DNA of 64,000 nucleotides from Akkermansia sp. (GTDB lineage Bacteria; Verrucomicrobiota; Verrucomicrobiia; Verrucomicrobiales; Akkermansiaceae): NCBI GenBank assembly GCA_017477935.1, contig JAFVIC010000003.1, positions 64,961 to 128,960 of the forward strand, read 5' to 3'. Shown piece by piece: positions 61,216 to 64,000 of this stretch (position 1 is its first letter; each line of letters starts with the position of its first letter). The notes under the pieces were generated by a model. It saw only the letters and a program-made list of their open reading frames with translations, ran no database searches and was not told where the DNA came from. The position numbers and the translations under genes were made by a program.

Positions 61216-62276
61216 ACGGCAAACATCAGCCGGATTTTCCCGCTGACCGCCTGCACCGACAAACAGCGTCTCAACCGGGTCAACTCAGCGCTCAATGCCG
61301 CATCATGAGCTGCGGGCGAGTGTTCCCACTCGCGGTAAATGTGCTCCAGGTCAGCGAAGCGTTCATCCCCGAACACCTGCCAGATATTCACGTGAAAATC
61401 CATGTCGGACTTGTGCCGCAAGTCGTAAAGCCAGGCCAGGTCACATGCTGTCCCCTCATCCGGCAGTTCCACTCCCAGCTTGCGACACAAGCGTGACATG
61501 GCGCACTCGAACTCGCTGTAAGCTATGGCGCCGGTGCCACCCCCCATCCAGGGGGCAAGCTCCAACAGGGCGGCATCCACTTCGCCACCGAGATTCGCAG
61601 CCAGGCACTCCTCTGCCCAGCGCAGACACCAAACGGAATCCCCCGTAACACGGAAAGCGAAAAAGCGCTCTGCCCCCTCACGCAGCAAGAGCCTGTCGAG
61701 AGATGGAGTATCGTCTGTGCGCAGCAGTTGCACCACATCATACGCATGAGGCACGCGACCGCTGCAAGCGGCACGCTCGGCGTGGGTCAGAGCGGTGTTA
61801 CCGACAGCATCCTGAGCGTTCACATCCGCCCCGGCCAACAGAAGCGCCGGCACCAGATAAGCTGCCCCGTAATGCGCGGCTGAAATCAGCGGTGACCACC
61901 CATCCTTATCCGGCGCATTCGCATCGGCCCCGGCAGCCAGCAGCATCTGCATGGCAAACAGTGAAGCAGCAGCGTGAGATTCCCCGGCTTGGGAAATAAC
62001 GAGCCAATGAAACGGGGTCACGCCCTCGTGTTCCCTGGTATTCGGATCAGCGCCGGCGACTAACAGCATGCGTATCATTTCCAGGGACTCCTCAGGCGCG
62101 TCTTCGTCAAAAGCAAGCACCGCACGATGGAGCAAGGAATTACAAGCATCATCATCACGAGCATGTACCTCGCGGCCACCACGCAGCAAGCTCAGCTGCA
62201 ACAGCACCCTCAGCTGCTCCACATCGTGTTCCTCGATTGCCTCGAACATCATATCAAACACCTTCTTTTCATTCAT
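61212..62276 (-). CDS. Ankyrin-repeat protein with an uncharacterised C-terminal domain
   Basis: LLVAGADPN.R..EGVTPFH, AGADANA.DKDGWSPL..AA, AGADVNAQDAVGNTAL. Start at 62276 or 62318. Confidence 0.8.
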   Translation of the reverse strand: MNEKKVFDMMFEAIEEHDVEQLRVLLQLSLLRGGREVHARDDDACNSLLHRAVLAFDEDAPEESLEMIRMLLVAGADPNTREHEGVTPFHWLVISQAGESHAAASLFAMQMLLAAGADANAPDKDGWSPLISAAHYGAAYLVPALLLAGADVNAQDAVGNTALTHAERAACSGRVPHAYDVVQLLRTDDTPSLDRLLLREGAERFFAFRVTGDSVWCLRWAEECLAANLGGEVDAALLELAPWMGGGTGAIAYSEFECAMSRLCRKLGVELPDEGTACDLAWLYDLRHKSDMDFHVNIWQVFGDERFADLEHIYREWEHSPAAHDAALSAELTRLRRCLSVQAVSGKIRLMFAV

Positions 62277-62405
62277 ACCCTTGCGTGCAATAATCCCGGG
62301 CCATATATGTTTCTCCATTCCACGCACAGCAACAGCACAGGGTAAATCAGCTTTGTCACGGGCCGTATTCTTACAGATATACACAGGCAAGTCAAGAACA
62401 AAACA

Positions 62406-62434
62406 TTGACACTTCGGCACTTCTCTGCTAGGCT
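62406..62434 (+). promoter_or_regulatory. Promoter, leaderless-type
   Basis: TTGACA-17bp-TAGGCT, with ATG 6 nt downstream. Confidence 0.7.
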
Positions 62435-62440
62435 GGTGGC

Positions 62441-62887
62441 ATGAACTCACTCACCCCTGAACAACAGGCCCGCGTGACCGCCACCCTGCGCCCGCAGGAA
62501 GAACTGCTGTGGGTCGGCAAGCCGATTGCAACAGCCCCCACCGCGCAGAAGCCCACCGGATTACTGGCCGGATTGCGCGCCATTTTCTGCGCTAAGCCCC
62601 GGCAAACAGCAACGGACGCCCCTCTCTACCTGCTCACGGCCAAACGTGCTGTTGTATTGCCGGTCAACGGTGAAGCGCTGGAGTGGCCGCTCATGCTCGG
62701 CATGATTCAGAAATACGAGGAGCAACCCGACGGCAGCGGCGATGTCATTTTCGACCATGACTACGATGAGCGCACCGAAACCCGCACCCCGCGCGGATTC
62801 CTGCGCGTGGCAGAGGCCGACCGTGTGCGTATGCTCGTCAGCTCTGCGGCAGACGCCGCCTACAACGCCTCTCCCTGGTCGGTTTGA
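62441..62887 (+). CDS. Hypothetical protein (bacterial PH-like)
   Basis: L.PQEELLWVGKP and YLLTAKRAVV are typical bPH-type motifs. Has its own promoter. Confidence 0.6.
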   Translation: MNSLTPEQQARVTATLRPQEELLWVGKPIATAPTAQKPTGLLAGLRAIFCAKPRQTATDAPLYLLTAKRAVVLPVNGEALEWPLMLGMIQKYEEQPDGSGDVIFDHDYDERTETRTPRGFLRVAEADRVRMLVSSAADAAYNASPWSV

Positions 62888-63060
62888 TAGCACGCCCGCA
62901 CCAGCCGGCCATCAGAGCGACAGGTTATTTTGCACATTTTATTTTAACAATTTGTCATCAACAGCTAACACCATTCATAACAATAGCAGAAACAGATGAC
63001 AGAAATACAGGTAGAGCCGGGCGGTCGATTGCGCTATAATGAATGGTAGAATAAAGAACC

Positions 63061-64000
63061 ATGAAAACCGCGCAACTGCTCCTCGCCGTCCTGCTGACCT
63101 GTACCCCCGTACAGGCAGCGGTGGGTTCTGCCCCGGCGCCGGCGCTGGCGCAGCCCCCCTTCTTTCGCGGGGATGGGTACCCGGCGTGGTCTCAAATGAC
63201 ACCGGCAAACGCGGTGGCAGCCACCCAAGCTGCCATCATGGAATCCGAGCAGCGACTGGCCGCCATTGCTGCCCTGCGCCCCGCAGAATACACCTTTGAA
63301 AACACCTTTCTGGCCTGTTACAAGGCAGATGAAAACCTGCGCCAGGTACAGGGCTATCTGTACCACCTGAGCAATGTGGTGGCAAGCCCCGCGTGGCAGC
63401 AGGCGCTGGGGCGCATGCACAGTATAGTTGCCATGCACAAGAGCAGCAGCCATGCGGCAGAGCAGGTATGGGCTACCCTTCAGGCCGCAGCGCAGGCTCC
63501 CTTCATGCAGCAGCTGAGCGCAGAGCAGCGACTTTTCGTGCAGCGCATGCTCACCGATTTACGCCACCGCGGCCTGGAGCTACCACGCGAAAAACGCGCT
63601 GAATTGGCTGCTATCGAGCTGGAACTCAGGCAACTGGGTTCCCAATTCAGCAGCAACACCCAAGCAGCGAGCAAACGCTGGCAACTCGTTATCACAGACC
63701 GATGGGCACTGCAGGGCATGCCGGAGCCCTGGCTGAAACAGGCTGCCGCTGCGGCCCAGGCACAGGGGCTCGGAACCGAGCGCCAACCGGCCTGGCTCAT
63801 CACCCCGGCCACGGCCGGTGACGTTGTGCGCTGCTGCGGGGTGGAGGAAACCCGCCACCGCTGCTGGCTCGGCGCCACCTCTGCCGGCACCGCACTGAGC
63901 GGGGCTGACAACGAGCCCATCATCGCCCGCACCATGGAGCTGCGGCACCAACTGGCCACCCTGCTGGGTTACCGCCACTATGCTGACATGATGGCAGCTG
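63061..64000 (+). CDS. M3-family oligopeptidase (oligopeptidase A-like), 5' part, runs off the window; absent from the ORF track
   Basis: Translated by hand from ATG 63061: signal peptide MKTAQLLLAVLLTC, then W...TP.NA, TFENT, LSAEQR.....L.D.R.RGL.LP..KR.EL..I..EL..L...FS.N. No stop seen in the part translated. Confidence 0.8.
   Translation, partial: MKTAQLLLAVLLTCTPVQAAVGSAPAPALAQPPFFRGDGYPAWSQMTPANAVAATQAAIMESEQRLAAIAALRPAEYTFENTFLACYKADENLRQVQGYLYHLSNVVASPAWQQALGRMHSIVAMHKSSSHAAEQVWATLQAAAQAPFMQQLSAEQRLFVQRMLTDLRHRGLELPREKRAELAAIELELRQLGSQFSSNTQAASKRWQLVITDRWALQGMPEPWLKQAAAAAQAQGLGTERQPAWLITPATAGDVVRCCGVEETRHRCWLGATSAGTALSGADNEPIIARTMELRHQLATLLGYRHYADMMAA

Overview
This is a 64-kb chromosomal window from a host-associated bacterium, most likely Verrucomicrobiota/Akkermansia-like. 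That call is inferred from the gene repertoire (sulfatase, galK+SSS, nagA, many ankyrin and Sel1 proteins, kdsA-lptCAB) and was not confirmed by a search. A GC-rich core carries the recQ 3' end, gcvTHP, mscS, galK-SSS, aspS, CASDH, ALDH/ADH, sua5, gamma-CA, rnd, nagA, kdsA-lptC-lptA-lptB, rubrerythrin and the 5' part of an M3 peptidase. Visibly AT-richer accessory blocks interrupt it: (1) a defence island at ~0.6-6.9 kb, with a Dcm/EcoRII-type R-M pair and a divergent vsr - 5'-nucleotidase - DUF2971/Sel1 operon separated from it by an ISAs1 remnant; (2) a membrane glycosyltransferase at 14.2-15.7 kb; (3) an orphan phage-tail-like gene pair plus a surface-polysaccharide locus at 26.4-38.9 kb. 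The most notable items are a tandem pair of Hsp70-ATPase/ankyrin fusion proteins (one apparently degenerate), a cytidylyltransferase/PLP-enzyme plus OCD-family module that may build an unusual phospho-substituent, a catalytically dead E2-like protein, a 33-bp tandem array ahead of an AAA-DUF4143 gene, an (ATTTACG)13 microsatellite between divergent promoters, and many apparently leaderless genes. No tRNA, rRNA or CRISPR array was seen. All family assignments come from motif recognition by eye; no database search was run.
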